Of a stretch of 64,000 nt of DNA, positions 55,320 to 64,000 are shown in pieces. The stretch lies in assembly GCA_047601445.1 (NCBI GenBank), contig JASGJH010000001.1, positions 3,232,001 through 3,296,000 of the forward strand, read 5' to 3'. Each line of letters begins with the position of its first letter. Position 1 is the first letter of the stretch. The position numbers and the translations under genes were made by a program. A model generated the notes under the pieces. It was not told the origin of the DNA. It was given only the letters and a program-made list of their open reading frames with translations, and did not search any database. The DNA is from Myxococcales bacterium. GTDB lineage: Bacteria; Myxococcota_A; Polyangia; Polyangiales; DASUME01.

Positions 55320-56459
55320 TCAGTCCGGAACGATCAGGTCCTTCTCGTGCATCCAGCCGGTGCTGCCGTCCTGGGCCTTGACCTTGAGCCATTCGCCCAT
55401 CGTGTCGAGCACCTCGACCTTGGCCTTGCGCGGCAGGGTCGTGATCTTGCGCGACCGAGCGTTGGCAGACTCGCGCAGGCTGGAGCGGTTGCTCGAGACC
55501 ACGGCGACCTTGTTCTTGGGCTTCTCCGGCGGAGGCGGAGGAGGCGGTGGCGGAGGAGGAGGCGGTGGCTCGGGCTTCGCCACCGGAGGCGGAGGAGGCG
55601 GAGGAGGAGGCGGTGGCACTTCCTTGGGCGCTGGCTTCGCCGTGAAGGCCTTCTCGCGAAGCGGCTCGAGCAAGCGCTGCAGGAGCGCGCTGACGGTGTC
55701 GTCGAGAGCGCTCTCGGTGCCGAGGTATTCGCGATAGATAAAGGGCTGCTGCTCCTCGACGTTGCACTCTTCGTCGAGCTTGGCGACCCAGCTCTCCTTG
55801 AGCGTGTCGAGCGTGGTCTCACGGCCCGAACCGACCCAAAGCACGTCGCCGTTCTGCACGTCGATCAGCTTGGCCTCGAGGCGCACCTCGTAATAGGGCA
55901 AGCGGTAGAGACACTCTTCCGTGTCCTTGTGCCAGTACAGCCCCTCGTCGTCCTTGAGGCGCTTGCTGGGCTCGACCTCGGTCATGTCCTCCAGGTGATA
56001 GAACTTCTCGCCTGCGACCACCTTGATGGACTGCAGCTGCAACACGGCATCTGCCTGCGTCTGCTTGCCCATCACCATCGCGCGCTCGGCCGCCGAGCGC
56101 GCGCCAGCGCCTGGGGCCGAACCCGCGCGCGCCACGATCTCGGGCGACACCACCTCGAAGCCCTTGGCCAACATCGCCTTCTCGACCTGCGCGATGTAGT
56201 AACGCAGGTCCTTCTGCCCGACGATCGGGGCCTCGATGCCTTCGCCGACGCTTACCTTCTCTTCAGGCGGTAGCAGCAGGATGCGCTTGTACTGCTTCTG
56301 TGTGAGCTGCGGCGCAGGCACGAGCTCGAGCTGGCTCGGCTTGGTTTGACGGACGGTCAGGGTGGCGAGGGACGAGCAAGCTGGCAGCACCAGGGCCGCG
56401 CTGAGCAGGCCCGCACACTGGAGCCTCGTTCCGAACGCACTCAATCGAAGTCGCCTCAT
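55320..56459 (-). CDS. Lipoprotein with TolB-N/CsgG-like domain, poly-Pro linker and C-terminal bacterial SH3 domain
   Basis: LPAC lipobox; EAKLIDVQNGDVLW; poly-Pro; WLKVKAQDGSTGWM. Confidence 0.8.
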   Translation of the reverse strand: MRRLRLSAFGTRLQCAGLLSAALVLPACSSLATLTVRQTKPSQLELVPAPQLTQKQYKRILLLPPEEKVSVGEGIEAPIVGQKDLRYYIAQVEKAMLAKGFEVVSPEIVARAGSAPGAGARSAAERAMVMGKQTQADAVLQLQSIKVVAGEKFYHLEDMTEVEPSKRLKDDEGLYWHKDTEECLYRLPYYEVRLEAKLIDVQNGDVLWVGSGRETTLDTLKESWVAKLDEECNVEEQQPFIYREYLGTESALDDTVSALLQRLLEPLREKAFTAKPAPKEVPPPPPPPPPPPVAKPEPPPPPPPPPPPPPPEKPKNKVAVVSSNRSSLRESANARSRKITTLPRKAKVEVLDTMGEWLKVKAQDGSTGWMHEKDLIVPD

Positions 56460-56661
56460 TCATTTCCCTCCGCGGCAACGAGGCTAACACTCGAATATCT
56501 CAGCTGGCTACGGTCTGTTGCCCGCACGGGACGGAGCTATCTCCACAGACCTGGCCACCACCTTCCAGGTTGTGGCAGGCCCGCATACGTGCGCGGCTAG
56601 AGCGTGCTCCTGGCGCGCTGGAGGCCGGAGCCCGCGCACTGGAGGGCGGACCCCATGCGCC

Positions 56662-59580
56662 TCACCCCGATAGCGATTGGGCTGCGCGACGCCAGCGATC
56701 GCGCGCCACCAAGTCACCGGAGCGTGCGGCGAGGTCGGTGGCTTCGCGGTAGCGCTCGCGTGCACGGTCGCGTTCGCCCTCGAGCTCATCCACGGAGGCC
56801 AAGACGCCGAGAGCCCCAGCCGCAAGCGCGTTCCAGTCACCGTCATGGGCAAGATCCAGGGCCCGCTCGAGATGCTGGGTCGCCGCCTCGCTGTCGCCCA
56901 GGTCGATCAACACCTCACCCAGCTCGAGCTCGCAGGCGCAGCGCCGCGCCGAGCGCGGGTCGGCCTCCGTGAGCCGCTCGAGGCCCTCCCGCAGCGCGTT
57001 CACCGCGCCCAGGGTGTCGCCCTCCGAGCGGCGCACCCGGGACAGTGCCCAGAGCGCGCGGCCTTCGAGCACCTTGTTGCCGAGCTTCTGGGCGAGCTCG
57101 GCGGCGAGCCCCAGCTGCCGGGCGGCTTCACGGGGACGATCGCGCCGTTCGGCCACGCGGCCCAGGGCGAGGTTCATGCGAGCCCGCTCCAGGCTCATGG
57201 GCCCAGCCAGCTGCGAGGCCTCGTTGAGCACGCCCGCCGCGCCCATCACGTCGTTGCCCCATACCATGGCCTCGGCGAGCTGCCGGCTGAAGCTCACGAT
57301 GGCAGAGTCGAGGGCTTCGTCGCCCGTGTCCAGCATCTCGCGCCGGGCCAGCTCGAGGCCGTGTCGGAACGCCAGGGTGGCCACGCTCGGGTCACCGCGC
57401 TTGAGCGCTTCCTGGCCCATGCGCTCGAGCAGCATCAGCGCGGTCATGGGCTCGCCGGCGCGGAACGCATGCTCAGCCCGCACCTCGAGGGGCTTGCCCA
57501 CCTGACTCGCCCAGTCGAGCGCCTTGGAGTGCAGCGCCTTGCGCGCCTCGCCCGGGATGGAGGCCTCGACCACGTCGCGCAGGTAGGGGTGCGTGAAGGC
57601 GTATTCGCCGCTCGGCAACATGCGCAGGAGCTCGGACTCCACGAGCTTGGGAAGGGCCTGCAAGTCGTCGGCTTCCACCAGTTGGCGCAGGGCATTGATG
57701 TGCACGCGCTCGCCCAACACCGAAAGCGCCTGCACCACGCGCCGTCCCGCGACGTCGAGCACCGCCAGACGACGGGTGACCGCCTCGGCGAGCGACGGCG
57801 GCGCCGGCTCCTCCAGCGAGGGCTCCCACTGCAGCGTCCGCAGCTGCTCCAGATGCAGCGCGAGCACGCCGCCAGCCTGGGCATGCGGCGGCAGGAACTC
57901 GCCGCGCACGAACTCGCGGGCGAGGCTGTCGGCCAGGCCGCTCAAGCCCACCACCGCGGCCGGATAGCGGGCGATCCACGAGAGGTTCGCGTGACCCGCC
58001 ATGAGCAGGAACACCGGTAGCTTGGCAGCATACTCGGCGAACGCAGCCAGGACCTCGCTGCTGAGGCCGTCGCAACGGGGCAGGTCGTCGATGGTGAGCA
58101 GGACGCGACGATTGCGCGCGCGGCCTGCAGCCAGCTCGACCGCACGGGCCAGGGCCGCGGCCACCGCGGGCGCCCGCGAGTGCCCCTCGTGTCCCGGCAA
58201 GCCCTCCGGTGCCACCAGCTCACGCATACCCGCGCTGGCGATGGGATCGCGCCACAGCGAGCCGTCTTCGGCGAGTTGGGCCAGGCGCTCGTCGGGCACG
58301 TTGAGCAGCCGCGCGACAGCGTTGCGGATGGCGCAATAGGCCACCGGTGCACCCGATTCATCGGGCCCGGCCTCGACCACCAGGAAGCCTTCGCGAGCCG
58401 CCTGCAACCCGAGCTCGACCAACAGGCGCGTCTTGCCGATGCCCAGCTCGCCCTGGAGGTAGGCCACGCGGCTGCCGCCCTCGGCGCGCAACAACCCCAA
58501 CAGTTGATTGAACACGTCGGTGCGTCCCACGAAGGGACGCTCGCCCGGGATCATCGGGCCGCCGCGGAACGCGTCCGGCGTGGAGGGCGTCGACAGGCGT
58601 CGGCCGCAGTCGCCGCAGAAGGCCCGCTGGTCGTCGTTGGGCGCACCGCAGCGCGGACAGCGCACGCCGCTGATGCTCGTGCGCACCGCGTTGCTCACGG
58701 TCCGCAGTGCGCGCGACATCTCCTCGGCGTCCTGGTAGCGATCGGCGGGGTCCTTGGCCAACGCCTTCATCACCACATCGACCAGGGTGTCCGGGATACC
58801 GCGGTAGGGCGCGATCTCCTGCATGTTCGGCACGCGATCGAACACGTGCTTGCTCATCACCTTGGAGGGCGTATCGTCGATGAAGGGCAAGCGCCCGGTG
58901 AGCAGCTCGAACAGCACCACGCCCAGCGCGTACAAGTCGCTGCGGCCGTCTACCTCGAGCGCGCGCGCCTGCTCGGGAGCCATGTAGTCCGGCGTGCCCG
59001 CCACGAGTCCTCGCGCCGCTTCCGCGGACTCCACGTCGCGGATCTTGGCCAGGCCGAAGTCCACCACCTTCACGTGGTCGATGCCCCCGCGCAGGGTCTC
59101 GATCAGGATGTTCTCCGGCTTCAGGTCGCGGTGCACCACGCCGCGTGCATGGGCTTCGCTCAGCGCGCCCAGCACGCCCTGGGCGAGCTCCAGCGTGCGC
59201 GCGATGGGGACCGGCGACTCATCCTCGATGATGCGCGCGAGGTCACGCCCGCGCAGGTACTCCATGACCAGGTACAACATGCCGTCGGCAGTGCGTCCGA
59301 AGTCGAACACGCTGACGCTGTTGGGGTGGTTGAGCGAGCTTGCCGCGCGCGCTTCCGTGTAGAAGCGCGTGATCGAATCGCGATCACCGAGCAGATGACG
59401 ATGGACGACCTTGATGGCGACCACGCGGCCGAGCGCCTTCTGCTCGGCTCGGTAGACCCGGCCCATGCCGCCCACACCAACGAGCTCTTGCATCACGTAG
59501 GCGTCTGCGATCACGCGCCCCACGAGCGGGTCGACCGCCTCCGGCTCGCTCAACGTAAAGTCCTCCAAACTCTTGCTCAC
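56662..59580 (-). CDS. Ser/Thr kinase + zinc ribbon + P-loop ATPase + TPR protein
   Basis: HRDLKPEN, DFG; CPRC...CGDC; Walker A GELGIGKT; LTIDD; C-terminal TPRs. Confidence 0.92.
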   Translation of the reverse strand: MSKSLEDFTLSEPEAVDPLVGRVIADAYVMQELVGVGGMGRVYRAEQKALGRVVAIKVVHRHLLGDRDSITRFYTEARAASSLNHPNSVSVFDFGRTADGMLYLVMEYLRGRDLARIIEDESPVPIARTLELAQGVLGALSEAHARGVVHRDLKPENILIETLRGGIDHVKVVDFGLAKIRDVESAEAARGLVAGTPDYMAPEQARALEVDGRSDLYALGVVLFELLTGRLPFIDDTPSKVMSKHVFDRVPNMQEIAPYRGIPDTLVDVVMKALAKDPADRYQDAEEMSRALRTVSNAVRTSISGVRCPRCGAPNDDQRAFCGDCGRRLSTPSTPDAFRGGPMIPGERPFVGRTDVFNQLLGLLRAEGGSRVAYLQGELGIGKTRLLVELGLQAAREGFLVVEAGPDESGAPVAYCAIRNAVARLLNVPDERLAQLAEDGSLWRDPIASAGMRELVAPEGLPGHEGHSRAPAVAAALARAVELAAGRARNRRVLLTIDDLPRCDGLSSEVLAAFAEYAAKLPVFLLMAGHANLSWIARYPAAVVGLSGLADSLAREFVRGEFLPPHAQAGGVLALHLEQLRTLQWEPSLEEPAPPSLAEAVTRRLAVLDVAGRRVVQALSVLGERVHINALRQLVEADDLQALPKLVESELLRMLPSGEYAFTHPYLRDVVEASIPGEARKALHSKALDWASQVGKPLEVRAEHAFRAGEPMTALMLLERMGQEALKRGDPSVATLAFRHGLELARREMLDTGDEALDSAIVSFSRQLAEAMVWGNDVMGAAGVLNEASQLAGPMSLERARMNLALGRVAERRDRPREAARQLGLAAELAQKLGNKVLEGRALWALSRVRRSEGDTLGAVNALREGLERLTEADPRSARRCACELELGEVLIDLGDSEAATQHLERALDLAHDGDWNALAAGALGVLASVDELEGERDRARERYREATDLAARSGDLVARDRWRRAAQSLSG

Positions 59581-59714
59581 GCGCGGCCCCCCGCGCGCAA
59601 TCGACAGCGACTGCCCCAGATTCTAGCAGCGACAGCGTGCGGGAAGGTGCCTGATTTCGTACTGCCACGATCCCTGCAGGTGACTTTTCAGGGAGGCTTG
59701 ACTACGGTGTGCGC

Positions 59715-60476
59715 ATGACCGAAGCGGGACTCCACGGCAGCACGGGTGGGCTACGCGATCGGATCCCGCTGAACGCCTGGGTGCTCGCTCTGGGCCTACT
59801 CGCATGGGCCACTTCAGCGCTGCTCCCTAGCCTACATCGCGGTAGTTCCCTTTCGGGGCTCGCCCTCGCGTGCTTGCCGCTGGGGCCCATCCTGCTCTTC
59901 TCGGGCCTCTGGCTGGCCCGCGAACGCAAGGCAGCGGCTCCTTATGTCCTGTTGTGCGGATACCCAGTGAGTCTCGCGCTGTCCGCGAGCAGGCTCGATC
60001 ACGACACCGCCCTGGCCACGTTTTCACCCTGGATCCTCGCCTTTTCGCTGCTGGCTTTGGCCGGCTACTTGAGCCTTGCGAGCGCGCTGTGCGCGCTGCC
60101 CGAGCACGCCCGCAGCGTCGACCATCGTCCGCTTGGCGAGATCCCCCCGGTCGATCTCGAAACGCGCAAGCAAGCCATCGGAAAACTCACCTTGGCGGTC
60201 GTCGCAGTGGGCGCGCTCCTCTTGGTGAGCTGGGGATCGTGGGCCACCCCGGCCCATTTCCGCGAGATGTGGGGGCGGGCTGCGCCAGAAGGCGCCACGC
60301 TCACCGCGCTCGTCTCCGGAATCGTCGGTGCCATGGCGGTGTCCCTCGTTGGACCCGCACTGCGCGCAGAACGTGGGCCCAAGCCTGTCCGAGACCAACG
60401 CTTACAGCGCGTGGCGTGGCTGCTCCTGGTCTCGCTCTCCGGGCTGGTCGTCTACTGGTTGTTGCGCGGGCGCTGA
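59715..60476 (+). CDS. Hypothetical multi-pass membrane protein
   Basis: About 7 hydrophobic segments. Confidence 0.7.
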   Translation: MTEAGLHGSTGGLRDRIPLNAWVLALGLLAWATSALLPSLHRGSSLSGLALACLPLGPILLFSGLWLARERKAAAPYVLLCGYPVSLALSASRLDHDTALATFSPWILAFSLLALAGYLSLASALCALPEHARSVDHRPLGEIPPVDLETRKQAIGKLTLAVVAVGALLLVSWGSWATPAHFREMWGRAAPEGATLTALVSGIVGAMAVSLVGPALRAERGPKPVRDQRLQRVAWLLLVSLSGLVVYWLLRGR

Positions 60477-60479
60477 TCG

Positions 60480-62525
60480 TCAGTCGTCCAGCCGGGTGGT
60501 CGACAGGTCCAGCGATACCTTGGTGCTGGTGCCGCTGGTGCCATGGACGCTCGCTTCATCCATGCGGCGCATGCCCTCGAGCAGCAGGTGCTCCGTGCTC
60601 GCGTGGACCGTCCGCGACGCCGGCACGAAGGTCGGATCGAGGGCGAAGTCACCGTCCGAGAGGGCCAACAGCGCGTAGACCGCCTCTTCTCCGGCGAGGC
60701 CGCGGAAGCTCGACTCGTAGATCTCACCGTTGCCGAACTGGATTTCACCCTGATGCCCGGCCGCCGAGATGCGCAGTGAGCCGGTCTTGCGCGTCCGGCT
60801 GAGCACCTGCAGCACGTCCGGCAGCGGCATCTCGCGCAGGGCTCCACTCACGCCGCGCGTCGCGCGCTTGGGCGTCCCCTTGGCGAGCACGTTGCGCGCC
60901 TTGGCCACCACCACGTCGGGAGAAGCCGGCTTGATGATGTAGTCCGCGGCCCCGAGCGCGAATCCGCGGTCCACCGAGGCGCGGTCGGACTTGCGGGTCA
61001 AGAACAGGACCGGCACGTCGGCTCCCTGACTCTGCTTGCGCAGCTGCTCGATCAACACGAAGCCATCGTGGGGCTTTAGCTCGACCTCGCACAGGACGGC
61101 GTCGATGCCTCCCTGCTGCAACACCTTGAGCGCCTGGTCGGCGCTTCGACACAGCACCACCTCGTAGCCCTGCTCTGCCAGGCGCAATTCCAGGACGGTG
61201 GTTTCCTCGGCGTCGGCGTCCACCAGCAAAACGCGCGGGCGGTCGTTCAACAGGCTCGACTGCAGGTCCTCACCCAGCGCGGCCACCCGGAACAAATCGA
61301 CCAGGTTGCCGTCGAAGATCTTGTCCTTGTAGCGCTGCAGGACCTCGACCGCGGCCTTGGCCGTGAGCGTGCGCCGAAACGGATTGCGCGCGTTGGAGGT
61401 GAGATCCGCGTAGGTCTCGGCGATGGCCAGCGCACGGGCGGCCAATGGGATGTCCTTGCCGGCGCGCCGATCCGGAAACCCCGTGCCGTCGAAGCGCTCG
61501 TACACGTGGGTCAGGCCATCGATGCAGGCTTTGGGCAACATGGCCGCGTCGAACAGGCGCACCGGCCCCAAGAAGCACTTCTTCGCCTGGGTGCGATGGC
61601 CCTCGTACTCCGCCACATTGAGCGCGGTCAGGTGATAGCTCGAGGTCTTGCCCACGTCGTGCAGGAGGCCGGTGAGGCGCAGCGCGTACACGTCCCCGGC
61701 CTCGAGCCCCATGTGCTCGCCGAGCTTCTGCATCAGGCGCGCGACGAGGGCCGAGTGCCCGCGCAGCTCTTGCCGCGGGTTCTCCAGCAACGAGACCAGT
61801 ACGTTCACGAGCTCGCTGCTCGAGGCGTAGGGCACCTGGGCCAAGATTTGCGAGCCCGTCTCCACGAAGGTGCGCTCGACGTCCTCGCTGACGCGTGCTG
61901 TCGGCGGTGGGGGCGGCGAAGCAGGGGCTCGCGGACGTGCCGGCGGCGCGGCCGGCCGGGCGACCGCAGCGTTGAGGGCGTTGGTGTCGAAGACGTTGCG
62001 CTCGTAGGTGTCCATCATCTGATGGAACTGCTGCACGCTGCGCTGATCGACCTTGCCGAACGCGTGGATGTCGCCCGCGTAGTGTTTTTGAATGGCCGCG
62101 CGCACCGCCAGCGGGCGCGCGACTAGTGGCTTCACGTTCGGCACGCTGGCCGCCAGCCGAACCTCGCGCGAAATGTCGGGGTCGTCCGCATCGGCGACCA
62201 CGAAGGCCAGGCTGTTCTCCTTGGGGCTGAAGAGCACCGGGAACACGCACAAGCGCTCCGCCAACTGACGCGGGATGAGCGCCAGGGTCGCGCGCTCCAC
62301 CTCGCTCTTGGCGAGCTTTTCGGTGGAGACGAAGTGGGTCTTGTAGAGGGCAGCCAGCCACTTGAGCAAGGTCGCCTCGTCGAGCACCCCGGTCTCCACC
62401 AGGGCGTCCTCGATGCGTGCCTCTTCGGCCTGGGCGTACGCGATCACGTCGCGCTTTTGCTGTGGGCTGATGCGCCGCTCCGCGAGCAAGCGATCGAGCA
62501 GGGCGATCTTCGGTGAACCAGGCAC
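60480..62525 (-). CDS. GspE-N/MshEN-like + HD-GYP-like + receiver + DUF4388 protein
   Basis: LIPRQLAERLCVFP; HDVGK, ERFDGTGFP; GAADYIIKP; GALREMPLPDVLQ. Confidence 0.88.
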   Translation of the reverse strand: MPGSPKIALLDRLLAERRISPQQKRDVIAYAQAEEARIEDALVETGVLDEATLLKWLAALYKTHFVSTEKLAKSEVERATLALIPRQLAERLCVFPVLFSPKENSLAFVVADADDPDISREVRLAASVPNVKPLVARPLAVRAAIQKHYAGDIHAFGKVDQRSVQQFHQMMDTYERNVFDTNALNAAVARPAAPPARPRAPASPPPPPTARVSEDVERTFVETGSQILAQVPYASSSELVNVLVSLLENPRQELRGHSALVARLMQKLGEHMGLEAGDVYALRLTGLLHDVGKTSSYHLTALNVAEYEGHRTQAKKCFLGPVRLFDAAMLPKACIDGLTHVYERFDGTGFPDRRAGKDIPLAARALAIAETYADLTSNARNPFRRTLTAKAAVEVLQRYKDKIFDGNLVDLFRVAALGEDLQSSLLNDRPRVLLVDADAEETTVLELRLAEQGYEVVLCRSADQALKVLQQGGIDAVLCEVELKPHDGFVLIEQLRKQSQGADVPVLFLTRKSDRASVDRGFALGAADYIIKPASPDVVVAKARNVLAKGTPKRATRGVSGALREMPLPDVLQVLSRTRKTGSLRISAAGHQGEIQFGNGEIYESSFRGLAGEEAVYALLALSDGDFALDPTFVPASRTVHASTEHLLLEGMRRMDEASVHGTSGTSTKVSLDLSTTRLDD

Positions 62526-62651
62526 GGTGATTGACGATTCTACCGGAAGCGCCCCCTCGTCTGTTCAACGCTTCGCAGATCCTGTGGGTGGTTTGGTTGT
62601 CGCACACCCGGACGCCATGTCGGCTTGTTGCCGGGATGTGACCTGCAGGGA

Positions 62652-63191
62652 TCAGCCGGGCGACGTGACTTCCTCGCGCCGCAGCGCGGCCTTCACAGCG
62701 TCGACGAGCGGCAGCAAGCTGGAACGCTGGGCGAACTCCTCGGCCGTGAGCCAGGCGTGTTCATCGTGTTCCTCCGAGATGCGCACTTGGCCCGACACAT
62801 AGGCGGCTCGGAACAAGATCACGATCATCGGCTGGCCCCGTCGTTGGGCGGCGTAGGCCCGAAAGGGACGCGTCTCGAGCTCCACCACCAGTCCCGACTC
62901 CTCCTCGATCTCGCGGGCTACGGCGGCCAGCGGTTCCTCGCCATGTTCCACGCGCCCGGAGACCGTTTCCCACAGACCTGGTCCAGCCAAATTAGTGGGC
63001 GCTCGGCGCAACGAAAGCACCCTCCCGGCGCGCACGATCAAGGCCGCCACGGCGACTACGTGTTGCCCTTTTTCCAAGCTCCCTCCGCTCGCTCCGGTGG
63101 CCGAAGCAACACTCTGGAATTCGTCAACTTTCAGGCGAACGGCCGGACCCTCACCAGGAATTTCCAGATCGTGCGCAAGGCTCCATACCAT
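62652..63191 (-). CDS. NUDIX hydrolase
   Basis: Nudix box GRVEHGEEPLAAVAREIEEESGL; SEEHDEHAW; start uncertain. Confidence 0.88.
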   Translation of the reverse strand: MVWSLAHDLEIPGEGPAVRLKVDEFQSVASATGASGGSLEKGQHVVAVAALIVRAGRVLSLRRAPTNLAGPGLWETVSGRVEHGEEPLAAVAREIEEESGLVVELETRPFRAYAAQRRGQPMIVILFRAAYVSGQVRISEEHDEHAWLTAEEFAQRSSLLPLVDAVKAALRREEVTSPG

Positions 63192-63279
63192 TCGGGCTGG
63201 AGATGCGTACTACCCCTTGCCTGCTTGGTTCCGCGCTCGCCTCGTCGCGCGTGCGTCGACCCGCTGAGTGGCCCCTCAC

Positions 63280-64000
63280 ATGAAGCGAACGCCCCGCATT
63301 GACCGGCTCACCCCGGTGCCAGCACTCCCGGCATCCCCGGCCAACGACGCGCATGCCCAGCCCCCCATCGCTCGACCACGTCGCGCGGAGCTCCTCGCCC
63401 TGCTCCTGGGGCATGGCGCTGAAAGCATCGAGCTTCCTTCCCTGACCGACCTGGTGACGACCGTGATCGCCCTGGCCGAGGGCAAGCGGCGCAAGGTCAT
63501 CCTGCCGCTTTCGAGCAGCACCGGAGAGTTCGCCCTGGTGAGGCGCGCCGAGCAGGTGCTGCTTTGCTACTACGACAGCGGCCCCGTGCCACAGATCTTC
63601 GTCCGCGATCGGGCCATCGATCTGGCCGCGTTGATCGGCGCCTGCGGGGCCGCGGCCAAGGAAGCGGCCGAGCTATATCCCGCCAGCCAGGGGGAGCGAC
63701 CCGGCATCGTGCTCGCCGAGCGCATCCTGCGCACTCAGATCAAGCCCGACCGCACGCCCAATTTGCTCACCGTCTCCAAGCGCGGCGGCGCCCAGGGTGA
63801 GCGCGCCGACATGCCCCTCTGCTTCGGCTTCGCCGCGCGCATCCCCACGGGTGACGTGCTGTTGGCCGAGAGCGGCGCGCGCGCCGACGTACACGCGCTG
63901 TTGTTCGACGGCGAGCTGTGGGGCTTCGTCCATGGACGACGCATCATGCTGGCGCGCGGTCCGGTGTTCCCCGCCATCGCGCGCATGGTCAGCGCGGCGC
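63280..64000 (+). CDS. Hypothetical protein, 3' truncated by window (not in the ORF track)
   Basis: ATG 63280 MKRTPRIDRLTP... stays open to the window end with GC3-rich codons. Confidence 0.75.
   Translation, partial: MKRTPRIDRLTPVPALPASPANDAHAQPPIARPRRAELLALLLGHGAESIELPSLTDLVTTVIALAEGKRRKVILPLSSSTGEFALVRRAEQVLLCYYDSGPVPQIFVRDRAIDLAALIGACGAAAKEAAELYPASQGERPGIVLAERILRTQIKPDRTPNLLTVSKRGGAQGERADMPLCFGFAARIPTGDVLLAESGARADVHALLFDGELWGFVHGRRIMLARGPVFPAIARMVSAA

Noticed and set aside
55520..55620. (GGA/GGC)n run as a DNA microsatellite
   Set aside because: It encodes the poly-Pro linker of the SH3 lipoprotein.
59605..59670. CTGCCCC...GGGAAGG as a cobalamin riboswitch
   Set aside because: Lacks the GCCACTG and AGGGAA/CCGGTG elements and has no B12-related gene downstream.

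Overview
High-GC bacterial chromosome segment, most likely from Myxococcota (Polyangia-like), judged from a MYXO-CTERM tail, Cys-rich lipoproteins and Ser/Thr kinases. It holds about 50 CDSs, including fabH, hemB, asd, tsaD, gloB and an RlmI-like methylase, plus four tRNAs (Gly-CCC, His-GTG, Arg-TCG, Lys-CTT). No CRISPR array, integrase, transposase or prophage is visible. The main points of interest are: (1) a split vitamin-K-dependent carboxylase-like gene pair that keeps the catalytic Lys and lies downstream of a Glu/Asp-rich, histone-H1-like protein; (2) a guanidine-III riboswitch ahead of an SMR exporter; (3) a triuret-hydrolase-like gene and permease with no adjacent biuH; (4) a modular ~82-bp palindromic repeat family showing covariation; (5) two +1 frameshifts, both explained by GATC read as GAATC; and (6) recurrent leaderless-gene architecture. 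All family assignments come from recognising motifs by eye; no database search was run.
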